From Octopus vulgaris (taxonomy: Eukaryota), in the NCBI GenBank assembly GCA_951406725.2, contig OX597835.1:19778001-19842000 (forward strand): 64,000 nucleotides of DNA, read 5' to 3'. The notes under the pieces were generated by a model. It was not told where the DNA came from. It ran no database searches and saw nothing but the letters and a program-made list of their open reading frames with translations. The translations under genes and the position numbers were made by a program. Of this stretch, positions 13,590 to 27,216 are shown one piece after another. Each line of letters starts with the position of its first letter. Position 1 is the first letter of the stretch.

Positions 13590-13985
13590 AACCACATTGT
13601 AACGGGTTCACTCCTACTGCGCGTCATCTTGAACAAGTGTCTTCTACTATAGCCTCGGGTGCAGCGAAAGAAGCCTGTTGCATATATATATATATATATA
13701 TATATATCTGTGTGTGTGTGTGTGTGTGTGTATGAGAGAGTGGGAGGGGGAGAGACAGAGAGAGAGAGTTCGTCTTTGTATCTGTGTTTGTCCGCCCACC
13801 ATCGGCTAACAACAGACGTTGGTGCGTTTAAGTTATATTAAAATTAATGGGTCGACAAAACAGCCCACTAGAATAAGCTGTAGTCTTATAATGAATAATT
13901 CCTGGGTGTTGATTTGTTCGACTACGACGCATTAAGTCGTTGCTCCAGCATAGCCGCAATCAACAAACTGAAATAGGTAAAATAG
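13590..13985 (+). mobile_element. SINE family B, degenerate
   Basis: catcttgaacaagtgtcttctactatagcctcggg..ctccagcatagccgca motifs. Confidence 0.7.
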
Positions 13986-14058
13986 AATATATATATGCGT
14001 ATATATATACTTTATATATGTATGTATATATATATGCTTGTATATATGCGTATAATTA

Positions 14059-14101
<43 letters not shown>

Positions 14102-14518
14102 CATACATACACGCATATATAGTATTACAGAATAATAGGATGCACTGCACTTTTACTCTGTATAGTATTCTAGCAGGAACACATTACAGACCGATCGTCC
14201 GTACGAATGAATATTTAGGAATTGTCAACAATGAACTGGATAATTGATCATCAGAGACTATGTTAATTCGTTATGATTTCTAATTATGTGTCGGTCACTG
14301 AAGAAACGAAATACGAAGAATTTGTCTCCGTACTTGCTTTTGTTCTTCACAAAAGCAAGTACGGAGAATGCTGTAATCTAAGCCTCTTTGTTGTACTGGA
14401 TCTCACAATAAAGGACATTTGGTATTCGTACATTATTGAGCAGCAAAATTATACGGTAATTTTCGCCCATGTGCAGCATATTCTTTCACTTACGCATACG
14501 TATGTATGTGCTTAATAT

Positions 14519-14701
14519 ATAGGTGCATGAGTGGCTATAGGCGCAGGAGTGGCTGTGTGGTAAGTAGCTTGCTTACCAACCACATGGTTCCGGGTTCAGT
14601 CCCACTGCGTGGCATCTTGGACAAGTGTCTTCTGTTATAGCTCCGGGCCGACCAATGCCTTGTGAGTGGATTTGGTAAACGGAAACTGAAGGAAGCCTGT
14701 C

Positions 14702-14765
<64 letters not shown>

Positions 14766-14980
14766 CTGTGTTTATGTGTCTGTGTTTGTCCCCCTAGCAT
14801 TGCTTGACAACCGATGCTGGTGTGTTTACGTCCCCGTCATCTAGCGGTTCGGCAAAAGAGACCGATAGTATAAGTACTGGGCTTAGAAGGAATAAGTCCT
14901 GGGGTCGATTTGCTTTACTAAAGGCGGTGCTCCAGCATGGCCGCAGTCAAATGACTGCAACAAGTAAACGAGAGTAAAGT
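14519..14980 (+). mobile_element. SINE family B, full length, with a short duplicated 5' end
   Basis: taggcgcaggagtggctgtgtggtaagtagcttgc..; internal (TA)n(TG)n. Confidence 0.92.
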
Positions 14981-15559
14981 GTACGTAGCCATATTGTATG
15001 CAAAAACGATACATTCTGTCTGTCGATCTGTCTATTACCACCTTGCTGTCTACATCAGTAAACCAATCTTGACGAAATATGTGCGTATTTGTTCACACAC
15101 ATCGAGTTCAATTACAGGATAATTTGATTTCAATACAAATCTGCAATAGGCCCCCTAGTGGGGTTGGGCTATTATTTGATAAAATGAGAAGGGTGCAAAG
15201 TGTGTTAGTGTGAGTGAAATGTAGTAGCATATTTCGTGTAGGTGATATCAGGGAAGGGCAGAATAGCATTGTGTAAGTAACAAATATGGAGTGGCAATGA
15301 AGTGGTAACGTTAATGCTGCTGTTATACACGGATATACACGCGACGCTGCACATAATTTCGTAAATACATAGATATATGCATACAAACACACAGCTATCA
15401 CTCACGCATTCACATACACATAGCTAGCTTTCAAAATGCCGAGGAAGGGAAAGTAAGGTGGGTGTGAGGAATACACAATGTTAAGGAGAGAGTGGGTAGG
15501 TGACTTTTCTGCTGTCCGTCGCAGAAACACACTCACACGCATACATATATATATACATC

Positions 15560-15612
<53 letters not shown>

Positions 15613-15621
15613 TTATATATT

Positions 15622-15943
15622 ATGGCTGCCCCCTCGTTATCGAGTACGGTCATTGCACAAAGCTTAACTGTTACTGGTGCTGTGATCCAATGTGACTTTT
15701 TAGCACAGCTAAAGATCTACAATGTATTGTACAGAATTGGCAGCTAAAGCCTTTACCGGTAATAGCCGGCTGTAGTTGTTATTGGGCTTCACGTACCTTT
15801 GCATGCCGTTTAAGTCCTCCTGCTGAATTACACTGTCTTCCACATGCCCGACAGATATGATTAGTATGGTGTGTTACACCACCACCAGTGGGCAGGTTGT
15901 CACTCAACCGTCTTGCTTTATGACTGCAAAGATGACTCTTGAG

Positions 15944-15945
<2 letters not shown>
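15622..15945 (-). pseudogene. RTE-like LINE 3' fragment with two C-terminal C2H2-like zinc fingers
   Basis: Minus strand reads [22 protein letters not shown] and FSCQFCTIHCRSLAVLKSHIGSQH, with stops; ends in ..cgagggggcagccat next to (TA)n. Confidence 0.65.
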
Positions 15946-15997
<52 letters not shown>

Positions 15998-16929
15998 GCA
16001 TACATACATAGATACATACATACATACGTTCATACATACATACGTACATACATGTCTCTACTATACATATATACATTTATATATACATACATACGTACAT
16101 ACATATCTCTACTCTACACCAATTTAAACTCTTCATTACCAGCGTGTATGTCTGTAACCGGGTGCGCGTTTCAATGTGTGTGTTTCACGTCCTATAACTG
16201 TCCGTCTCTGTACATTTTTAGGGTCCTTCCCTTTGCTAACATAATAAAAATTCTTGCGTATGGTTATCTGACTTATATTTTGGAATGCTTCTGTACTTAT
16301 GTGGAAGTTATATATGCGTCACCACTAAGAAAGAAAGAAAAATAGAAGAAAAAACTGTAATTTTGATATCATTTAATATCGTAATAGTTTAGAAATTGTT
16401 GCCTCCAAACCACAAACGATAAACTACTTCTGTATTTTTTTTTATTTTTTCTTTTCTGTTTTTTGATAAATCAATACACACATTGTTTATCATTTCCAAA
16501 ATTAATTTTCTGGCATTTCCTTCATTTCAACAATCTCATTCTGATTGTTTTCGACACAACATGTGAGTCATTCGGATTCTAAGAACAGTTCAAGCTGTAA
16601 ATCTTTGCACCTCATGTATTCATAATGTATAAAATTGCTTGCTGATATTCACGATGTACAATATATTTTATATGTTTATTATTCTATATAGAAAATTTAT
16701 TCAATATACAGCTATATAAATATATATGAGACATTGTCATGTCGCTCTTTCAAATAGGTGTGCCGGATGCAGGTAGCAAAATGGAGAACTTTTGGCGAGA
16801 TCAGGTGTGCTTTTCTCCTTATCTCTCAATGTTTCTCGACACAATGAAATATAGTATATATTGTGTAGCATCATTTATTCCTGACCTGTAAATTATATAT
16901 CGTAAATATCCTATAATGAGGGTGTGTAT

Positions 16930-17160
16930 ATGTTTTGTTTGTGTGTTTGTCAATGTGTCAATGTTTATCCCGCATCACACTTGGAAACCGGTGTTGGTGT
17001 GTCTACGTCCCTGTAACTTAGCGGTTAATGACAAGGTTCCGATAGATTAACTATCAACTTTTACATTAAAAAGATACTAGCGTCGAGTTCTTCGACTAAA
17101 ATCCTTTAAGGTGGCGCTGCAACATGACCGCTGTCTAACCAATGAAGCGAAAAAAAGATA
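16930..17160 (+). mobile_element. SINE family B, degenerate 3' half
   Basis: ccggtgttggtgtgtctacgtccctgtaacttagcggtt..ttcgactaaa..aaggtggcgctgcaacatgaccgc. Confidence 0.7.
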
Positions 17161-17509
17161 GAGAATGCCACACATAGTCAGAAAGAACGGATTTGTTCGA
17201 GCACCAGTGAGTAATATTTTAATAATACGTAATATATTCCTCCGAGGATGTGATATGTGCATGATATCTCTTGTTTCCCACCGTATAAAAATTCGAAATA
17301 TGGACTGCTCAGACATTACTCATACATTGTAATTCATATCTATTTTGCAAAGAGCAGTTGAAATCATTAGCAATTATCAATTCAGCAGACCAATATATAT
17401 GCAAATTGCCTTTGTAGAATTCTTGAAAAATCTGTGTATTATAGGTCGTATGTTTAATTATTCACAGACGGTAAACGCTGTCGGCATTCACAGATTTTTA
17501 TAGTGTTAT

Positions 17510-17720
17510 CTAAAACAGAAGAGATACACCCTCCTGATAATCTTTACTGACAATCAAAAAAACTTTCTGTAGATCTACCGGGCATTCTGTTTCAGTCTCC
17601 TTCGAATATTTGTCTACATCTTCGCTTACTGTTCCCAACGCAACAATTATTATAGGAAAAACCCTTACTGTTCGCATGATCCAAATTCTTCTTATCTCAT
17701 AGGAAGGACCTTCACTATTA
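17510..17720 (-). pseudogene. Divergent R4/Dong-type restriction-like endonuclease C-terminal fragment
   Basis: YEIRRIWIMRTVRVFPIIIVALGTVSEDVDKY..LQKVFL aligns by eye with the 47916-48193 peptide (E..R.W..V+.ALG..+QK). Confidence 0.7.
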
Positions 17721-17754
17721 GGATGCTCCAGTTTTTTTTTCCAATTTCTCCAAA

Positions 17755-18011
17755 TTCTTCTTCTTATTATTATTCTTCCTCTTCTTCTTCTTCTTCTTCT
17801 TCTTCTTCTTCTTCTTCTTCTTCTTCTTCTTCTTCTTCTTCTTTCTTCTTCTTCTTTCTTCTTCTTCTTCTTCTTCTTCTTCTTCTTCTTCTTCTTCTTC
17901 TCCTTCTTCTTCTTCTTCTTCTTCTTCTTCTTCTTCTTCTTCTTCTTCTTCTTCTTCTTCTTCTTCTTTTTCTTCTTCTTCATCTTCTTTTTCTTCTTCT
18001 TCTCCTTCTTC

Positions 18012-18043
<32 letters not shown>

Positions 18044-18215
18044 GTTGTTATTATCATTATCATCTTCATCATCATCATCATCATCATCATCGCCATCTTT
18101 ATTATCATCATCGTCATCATTGTCATCATCATCATCCTCATCATCATAATCGTCGTCGTCGTCATCATCATCACCATCATCATCATAATCATCATAAATA
18201 TCATCATCACCATCA
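17755..18215. repeat. (TTC)n followed by (ATC)n microsatellite
   Basis: Visible runs. Confidence 0.95.
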
Positions 18216-18217
18216 TG

Positions 18218-18782
18218 AAGAATCGTTAGCACGCCGAGTAAAACGCTGAGCGGAATTTCGCCTGCCGCTACGTTCTGAGTTCAAATTCCGCCGAGATCTA
18301 CTTTGCCTTTCATCATTTCGGGATCGACAAATTAATTAACAGTTACGCACTGGAGTCGATATAATCGGCTTAATACGTTTGTCTGTCCTTGTTTGTCCCC
18401 TCTGTGTTTAGCCCCTTTTGGGTAGTAAACAAATGGGTATTTCGTCTGCCGTTACGTTCTGAGTTCAAATTCCGCCGAGATCTACTTTGCCTTTCATCAT
18501 TTCGGGATCGACAAATTAATTACCAGTTACGCACTGGAGTCGAATAATCGGCTTAATCCGTTTGTCTGTCCTTGTTTGTCCCCTCTGTGTTTAGCCCCTT
18601 TTGGGTAGTAAAGAAATAGGTATTTCGTCTGCCGTTACGTTCTGAGTTCAAATTCCGCCGAGATCTACTTTGCATTTCATTCTTTCGGGGTCGATAAATT
18701 AAGTACTAGTGAAACACTGAGGACGATATTATCGACTAGTCCGCCCCCACGAAATTTAGGGCTTCGTACCTTTAGTAGAAGG
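18218..18782 (+). mobile_element. SINE family A multimer: head, two full ~183-bp units, a partial third unit and the terminal tail
   Basis: Unit restarts at ~18254, ~18437 and ~18620; all units share a private gagatctacttt variant. Confidence 0.9.
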
Positions 18783-18991
18783 GGTTCTTTTTATTATTAT
18801 TTATAATTTTTGATGTTGATATTGTTGTTTTCTTTTACACTGCCTGTTAGTTGTAGTCGCTTGACGAGAAACACCCAGCGTCCTAGGGCAAGAGAAGGAT
18901 AAGAAATGTTACTGTATGACTGAAAGATTGGAGACAGGCATTACCGAAATATCTTCACGTAATACAACACAGATATTTAAATTGATAGAGT

Positions 18992-19023
<32 letters not shown>

Positions 19024-19099
19024 TTATTTTTATAGCGTATTATTATTATTGTTATTATGTGCTGTGATTATTATGCTATTTATTATTGTTCTGCGTAGG

Positions 19100-19192
<93 letters not shown>

Positions 19193-19193
<1 letters not shown>

Positions 19194-19381
19194 TATGTTT
19201 GACTTTTGCTTTATGTCTGTACAAGTTGGCTCCAAGTCTCACCCAGAGACCTCAAGAGACAACAGGTTGGAAGTTCACGTTGTTGTTATGCCTAGTGTGC
19301 CATATATTTGGGGTTTTTTTTTGGTGTTGTACTAGTGAATGTCTAATACATAAAAAAAGTTTGTTTTAAACCTTGGGATTA

Positions 19382-19384
<3 letters not shown>
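19193..19384 (-). mobile_element. R4/Dong-like 3' UTR, subfamily A, in a (TTA)n array
   Basis: Reverse complement of 48188-48384; (TTA)n on both sides. Confidence 0.9.
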
Positions 19385-19438
<54 letters not shown>

Positions 19439-19777
19439 CATTATCATTACCATTATTATTATCATTATCATTATCATCATCATCATCATCATCATTTGGC
19501 GGTGAGCTGGCAGAATCGTTATGCATGTATGTATGTATGTATGTTTGTATTTATACTAACACACACCCGTGCGGCCACAGATATGTGTTTGCGTGTGTAT
19601 GTGTGTGTGTGTACGTGTGTGTCGCTGTATATTCACTACGAAGTTGTTTACTTCGCATTCCTATTGCCCACAATTCTTGCATATTGGATAAGATTTACAA
19701 TGACCTAAATCCAACTCAGGCCTTGAGACTGAAATTGGATTGACGGAATCAATTCGGAAATTAATCGTATCCTCTTA

Positions 19778-20162
19778 TGGAAGCACTCCGTCGGTTACGA
19801 CGACGAGGGTTCCGGTTGATCCGAATCAACGGAACAGCCTGCTCGTGAAATTAACGTGTAAGTGGATGAGCACTCCACAGACACGTATACCGTTAACGCA
19901 GTTCTCGGGGATATTCAGCGCGGCACAGAGAGTGGCAAGGCCGGTCCTTTGAAATACAGGTACAACAGAAACAGGAAGTAAGAGTGAGAGAAAGTTGTGG
20001 TGAACGAGTACAGCAGGGATCACCACAATCCCCTGCCGGAGCCTCGTGGAACTTTTAGGTGTTTTCGCTCAATAAACACTCACAACGCCCGGTCTGGGAA
20101 TCGAAACCGCGATCCTATGACCGCGAGTCCTCTGCCCTAACCACTGGGCCATTGCGCCTCCA
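19778..20162 (-). mobile_element. SINE family C, full length, TSD tatcctcttat
   Basis: Family similarity plus flanking direct repeat. Confidence 0.92.
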
Positions 20163-20704
20163 CTATCCTCTTATACGCGTAAGTCAAATGTATAGTCTTG
20201 TGAAACGGTTTGACATTCCTAAAACATATTTCTACTAAATACACTTTTAACTCAATTTGCGCATGAAGTTTAAATAGAGAAGCCGCAGAAAATAGGACGG
20301 GATTACAATTTTTTTTAAATTTTCCTTACATTCTTCGAAAGACAATAATAATACCAAGGCTATGATACTAGAGGATTACCCGAAACATCAACGACAAGAG
20401 ATGACTTGTATCAGTGTTCAAAATTTATCACTAGAAAATAAACACATTACATATGGCGAAATGTCCAGAAGCAAAAATTAGTTCTATCATTCATAATTTC
20501 ACTAATTTTCTTTAATATCCGTTAATTTTCAGAAGAAATTTGTTTCCTTTAACATATAATTTTCGCTTTGTGTCTGCATTGATTTCAGATGAATGTCAAA
20601 AAGCTGAGCAATATCACGAATGCAAGTTGTATTCTTAATTAATATATTTTTTTTATTAATTCATCAGGAACTAATTATGCCATTTTCCGTCCATCGTGAT
20701 TTAT

Positions 20705-20800
<96 letters not shown>

Positions 20801-21124
20801 CGTTATTGTATATGTTTTATTTTTTTATTTTAAACATTCCCACCATTTCACTACGTGAGTAGGCAACATATTTTTTCAAGTATGTATTTTTCTACTTGTC
20901 CACTCAATTTCTTTCATTCGACTTCACCTTAATTGAAATATTCCGATAAATATCAGACAATGTTCAATTACTTTTGTACATACAAGTAAATCTCTTCTAT
21001 TTTCTGTATTTAAAAATATAAGATAAATATTGTTATCTTGGCTTCTAATCAAAGCAACTGTTATTTTAATTCAATAATAAATAATTGAGCCATTAGTAGA
21101 TATATTTTTTCCTTACTCTCTCTC

Positions 21125-21488
21125 TCTTTTACTCTTTTACTTGTTTCAGTCATTTGACTGCGGCCATGCTGGAGCACCGCCTTTAATCGAGCAACTCGAC
21201 TCCGGGACTTATTCTTTGTAAGCCCAGTACTTATTCTATCGGTCTCTTTTGCCGAACCGCTAACTTACGGGGACATAAACACACCAGCATCGGTTGTCAA
21301 GCAATGCTAGGGGGACAGACGCACAAACACACACACATACACATACATATATATACATATATACGACGGGCTTCTTTCAGTTTCCCTCTACCAAATCCAC
21401 TCACAAGGCATTGGCCGGTCCGAGGCTATAGTAGAAGACACTTGCCCAAGGTTCCACGCAGTGGGACTGAACCCAGGACCATGTTGTT
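21125..21488 (-). mobile_element. SINE family B, 5'-truncated
   Basis: Reverse complement of 33350-33712. Confidence 0.9.
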
Positions 21489-21819
21489 ATATCTTTTAAT
21501 GTCGTCTGATTTTAGTGTGACAAGGGAGAGAGAAAAAGAGAACGTATATCTTTGAGCAAATTATAAGTCGTGTGTGCGTGTGTTTGTGTTCAGGGGTGTC
21601 ACTTTAAATATTGTGTTGCTTGATATATATGGTATTTCAAATAAGTTATATCGATTTGAGATGAAAGTACTAAATTTAGTGAACTATTTCAGCTGACCCT
21701 CGGTGCCCAATGATTAGCTCACATGTTGAAGTTTGGCGTAAATTGCTCCCTGATTTCATCTAACCGGATCCGTAATCGCCTAATGCAACGACATAGTTTC
21801 AGAGGTATTTAACATCATT

Positions 21820-21997
21820 GAGGCGGCGAGCTAACAGGAAAGTTTGAAAGCCGGGCGAAGCCCTTAGCTGTATTTCGTCTGTCCTTACGGTCTGTGTTCA
21901 AATTCCGGTCAACTTTGCTAGTCATCCTTTCGGGGTCGATCTACTCGACAGGGCCCCCTTTCCCAAAATTTCGGGCTTTGTACCTAGAGTAGAAAAG
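21820..21997 (+). mobile_element. SINE family A, degenerate
   Basis: aggcggcgagctaacag..tcatcctttcggggtcgat..aaaatttcgggctttgtacctagagtagaaaag. Confidence 0.75.
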
Positions 21998-22138
21998 ATT
22001 GCATATCACCAAAAAAGGAAGGAAACAATGGTAAGCGGAGATATTTCCAATTCCAATACAGAAGATAAAAAGAGAAAGAATAATAATACAAGGCATTTAG
22101 TATGGGGCAAAATGTAATATTTCCTCCCATCTGCAATA

Positions 22139-22254
22139 CTCGACCGATGGAAGAAGTGTGTGGACTGCAAGGGGGAACCATGTCGAAAAATAACCTTATT
22201 TGGTCATATTCAATAAGATTATCTTCGTTAGCCTGTAACCGTTTCGGCTGAAAA

Positions 22255-22255
<1 letters not shown>
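22139..22255 (+). pseudogene. Tc1/mariner transposase extreme C-terminus and 3' end remnant
   Basis: LDRWKKCVDCKG(frameshift)NHVEK* matches the mariner terminal motif RW.KC+...G.Y.EK. Confidence 0.7.
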
Positions 22256-22332
<77 letters not shown>

Positions 22333-22627
22333 ATACACGCACACACACACGCACACATACACAAACACACTGAAACTCTCTCTCTCTCACACACACACAC
22401 ACGAACACTACACACATATTCGCAAATATATATATGCATCTATATATATGTATATGTGTGTGCGCGGTGTGTAATACTTTCAATTAAGAGAAAAATATAT
22501 AAGAAAATAGAAGGGAATACAGAAATGTACAGCAACAGTGAGACACAATATGATGTTCATGCATATTAACGGTTTTTAAAGTGTATCAACAGGGCAATGA
22601 TAGTACACAGTTCATTTCCCCCTGTAC

Positions 22628-22694
<67 letters not shown>

Positions 22695-22911
22695 CACTAG
22701 GTGGTCCTAGTGAAGAAGATTACACCTAGCGAGTTCCTTGACACGCAAAACTAAAATTAGAAAACAATTCGTCCAGGAAAATAGATGGTAAAATGTTTTT
22801 CATTTTTCAATTCGTTCCTGTCGAATTTTATCCTTACTTTTTGTGGTTATAGAACCTAGCTGTTCTTTCTAGCATGTTGAAATCCTATAAGTGGTTTCCT
22901 TATGTGTTTAT

Positions 22912-23076
<165 letters not shown>

Positions 23077-23231
23077 GATGTGTGTGTGTGTCGGTGTGTA
23101 AAGACTCATTCACATATTTGAATACACAGTTATAATACGATTTTGGATATCAACTGTTATGTTCTATTTTGCTTATCACCGGAACATACGAAAAATGGCT
23201 AATAATCCTTCCGAACTTTGCTTTCTTACGT

Positions 23232-23390
23232 TTATTCAAACCCCGCAAAATTTCCTATCGCCACTTGGTGATGATGATCCTCTACTATTTCTGCTCATCA
23301 TCAGATATGCACCTATTGTTTGCCGCACAAGAAGTTAAGGCCAAGCAACTGACAAACAAATCTGTGATATACAACAGAATATTTGCTATA
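23232..23390 (-). mobile_element. Old fragment of the 47292-47850 element
   Basis: caactgacaaacaaatctgtg..cagaatatttgct and ctgctc.tcatcaga.atgcac are reverse complements of motifs in 47399-47565. Confidence 0.7.
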
Positions 23391-24219
23391 AAGTTATTTC
23401 TGATCCAGCAATTCAGCGCTGAATACGTCTGAAATGTAATAGAAAATAGGTCAGTTTCAAAACATTATGTCCAGGTCACAAAAGAAGGGAATAGTAGTCG
23501 ATCGTCTGGTTTCTAGATGGAAGCAAATTCGAAATATAAGTTACTGATCAAAGATATATAAGATAAATTTTTCTTAGACAGTGTTACATGTCCGTGTTGA
23601 ATCACCAGGTTAAAGTCTTTGAACAATAGTCTCCTGTCTTTTCCCGCTGCCACCTCGCTACTAGTACTCGTCACCAACATCTCACTTCCATTTGACTTCC
23701 TCCAGTTTTCCTATTCTCTTCTCATTTCGTTTTATCATCATCCCCATCCGCCCCATCCTCATAATCATCATCATCGTCATAACCGCAAATAATTACGTTC
23801 TGGATTACGGGATTTTCTATTGTTACTCTTCTTTTTTAACGTCTAAATTTCATTCTTCATGTGATTACAATTTAATAACAAAAATCAGCATAGATGAAAT
23901 ACAATAAAACCATGATTATCCGATTGTTTGCATTCATGAGAAGTTAATAATATGCGATTGGTATTTAAAAGAGTCAATAGAAATTATTTTATTGGAAATG
24001 GAAGTGAACATTGTGTGATAACGAAATATAGTAATGTCATTACGTTAATTGAAATTACACGTTCAGTTATTTATGTGGGGATCTCATAGAGTTAAGAGAG
24101 AACGGATTCCTTTTTTACAGGGAAGCTTTCTCGCGGTATGGATGGCGGTTCGGCGTTCACTCTACGATTGAGCTATCACATATATCAGGCAAATATACAC
24201 ACACACGTTTGTATATATA

Positions 24220-24306
<87 letters not shown>

Positions 24307-24495
24307 CAGATGTATATATACATATACATATGCATGAATATAACTTCCTAAACATCTATATCTATCCATCTATTTATCTATTTCTCTGTCACTCTCTCAA
24401 CATCTGTGTCTCTTCATTCCTTCCACTATTTCTACATACATGCATATACATATACATATATATATATATACATATATATATTGAGATGCAGCACG

Positions 24496-24543
<48 letters not shown>

Positions 24544-24552
24544 ATATATGTA

Positions 24553-24588
<36 letters not shown>

Positions 24589-24679
24589 CATGCACACATG
24601 TAATCCCCAAATTATTTAACTGATACTCCTAAAACGAGGTCGTTGTTTCATAACCATTCATAAAAGAGTTATATGTATA

Positions 24680-24710
<31 letters not shown>

Positions 24711-24912
24711 GTGTGTGTGTGAGTGTGTGTGCATTTAGATATGTATGTGTGTTTGGATTTATTTTTGTGTTTAAAATTTTATGCGAATACAAGCAACCGT
24801 TTTTAAAATTCAATGGCTTTTTGATTGCAGAGATTGTGTGAATTGAAATTTAATGTCAGCAAATAAAAAAAAGAGTGAATAATATATGACAGTCAATGAC
24901 AAACTAAATATG

Positions 24913-24916
<4 letters not shown>

Positions 24917-24976
<60 letters not shown>

Positions 24977-25043
24977 GATAAAAATAATAATAATAATAAT
25001 AATAATAACAATAATGATAATAACGATAATAATAATAATAACG

Positions 25044-25081
<38 letters not shown>

Positions 25082-25150
25082 GATAATAATAATAACTATA
25101 ATAATAATGATAATAATAACGATAATAATAATAATAATAATAGTAATAAC

Positions 25151-25204
<54 letters not shown>

Positions 25205-25286
25205 GATAATAATAATAATATCGATAAAAATAATAATAATAATAACAATAATGATAATAACGATAATAATAATAATAACGATAATG

Positions 25287-25323
<37 letters not shown>

Positions 25324-25367
25324 TAATAATTATAACAATAATAATAATAATAATGATAATAATAACG

Positions 25368-25401
<34 letters not shown>

Positions 25402-25445
25402 TAATAATTATAACAATAATAATAATAATAATGATAATAATAACG

Positions 25446-25476
<31 letters not shown>

Positions 25477-25520
25477 TAATAATTATAACAATAATAATAA
25501 TAATAACGATAATAATAACG

Positions 25521-25554
<34 letters not shown>

Positions 25555-25595
25555 AAATAATTATAACAATAATAATAATAATAATGATAACTGTA
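24917..25595. repeat. Long interrupted (AAT)n array with ~75-78-bp higher-order periodicity in its distal half
   Basis: Recurrent block atgataataattataacaata.. at ~25320, ~25398 and ~25473. Confidence 0.9.
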
Positions 25596-26250
25596 ATACT
25601 AGTTAACCATCATAGAAGAGATGATATTATTGGCAAATGCACAACAGGAAAAATTTCAAATCATAAATAGCTATTTAAAATTATATTTTAAATTTTCTTT
25701 CAAAATCGTTGTTTTTTCTTCATTTTTTTTTATAACGATGCATTGAAACAAACATTCCTTAAAAGAAACGTGTTTAAAGGCAACATTTTTTTCTGATTTT
25801 GGAATTATTTGCAAAAGTGCAAATTATTTTAGCTAAATGTAGTGATGGAGTCATCTTCGGTGGAGATTGAATAAATACGGGATCGTTTCCACTTGTAAAA
25901 ATAGGTCCTGTTTTCATAAAATATATTTAGATCCATGTACTGTGTTATTTCTGTCTTTCATCATGTGTTCTTAAAGACTTCACAATCGCTCAGCCTAAGA
26001 AAATAGCAACCACATATCACTGAAATCACACCCTACTGACTCAGAGGAATAATGATGCACTGTGTATATATTACTTAGTGAAAACATAGCTCTGTGATCA
26101 GAGATTCTTTTGCTCCAATCTAATCACATGTTGGAAAGAACCAAATAACCCCAAGGACTGCGATTTTACATTTCTTCATTTACGCTATTGTATTCATATT
26201 CATATACCGATATACATACATATATACATACATAATGTATACATACATAC

Positions 26251-26329
<79 letters not shown>

Positions 26330-26535
26330 AAAGAGAGATAGGGGTTATGAGTGTAACCCACTATGGGGTATTAGTTATCCAATATACTGCTGGTGAAGCA
26401 CCCAAATTGCATACACATAAATGCTTATAATTGCAGTGCAATTAATTCATGTTTTGTATTAGATGGGTGAAGGTAAAATATTTTACCGCAAATTCATAAT
26501 ACAAATAAGAAAATGTTCCTCCAGTTTCTTATGTG

Positions 26536-26595
<60 letters not shown>

Positions 26596-26637
26596 AATTG
26601 ATCAAAATAAAAATAAAAACATGAGGCAAAGGATTCA

Positions 26638-26715
26638 GCGGTACATATGTTTCGGGCCTTTATTAGACAGATTTATAACAAAGCATAATGTGTGTCTGTG
26701 GCCTTCTTCAGCCGC
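26638..26715 (-). ncRNA. Minimal type I hammerhead ribozyme motif (mirror copy)
   Basis: Reverse complement of 27139-27216. Confidence 0.7.
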
Positions 26716-27138
26716 GCACAACAGCTTCCACAAGGACATGTGTTACATCAAAAATTCTTGGTTGGGGATGCAAATCCTCTCGTTCACGTTACGACATAAT
26801 GCGGCAGCAGCATAGAATTGAAGCGTCCATCTCTTTCTTCTCTCAATGTAGAATGAGGAAACTTGGATGTTGAGGTAATGTAAATAAATAAATACGTATA
26901 TAGAGGTGAAGATGGAGGGGCGAGAGTTCTCTCGCCCCTCCATCTTCACCTCTATATACGTATTTATTTATTTACATTACCTCAACATCCAAGTTTCCTC
27001 ATTCTACATTGAGAGAAGAAAGAGATGGACGCTTCAATTCTATGCTGCTGCCGCATTATGTCGTACGTGAACGAGAGGATTTGCATCCCCAACCAAGAAT
27101 TTTTGATGTAACACATGTCCTTGTGGAAGCTGTTGTGC

Positions 27139-27216
27139 GCGGCTGAAGAAGGCCACAGACACACATTATGCTTTGTTATAAATCTGTCTAATAAAGGCCC
27201 GAAACATATGTACCGC
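27139..27216 (+). ncRNA. Minimal type I hammerhead ribozyme motif (Penelope-like)
   Basis: GCGG-CTGAAGA-a-GGCC..GGCC-c-GAAAC-ATAT-GTA-CCGC: stem I GCGG/CCGC, core, stem II, palindromic stem III ACATATGT, GUA site at 27210-27212. Confidence 0.7.

Noticed and set aside
15680-15865. C2H2 zinc-finger host gene
   Set aside because: Contains in-frame stops, lacks TGEKP linkers and sits at an RTE-like 3' end, so a LINE remnant fits better.
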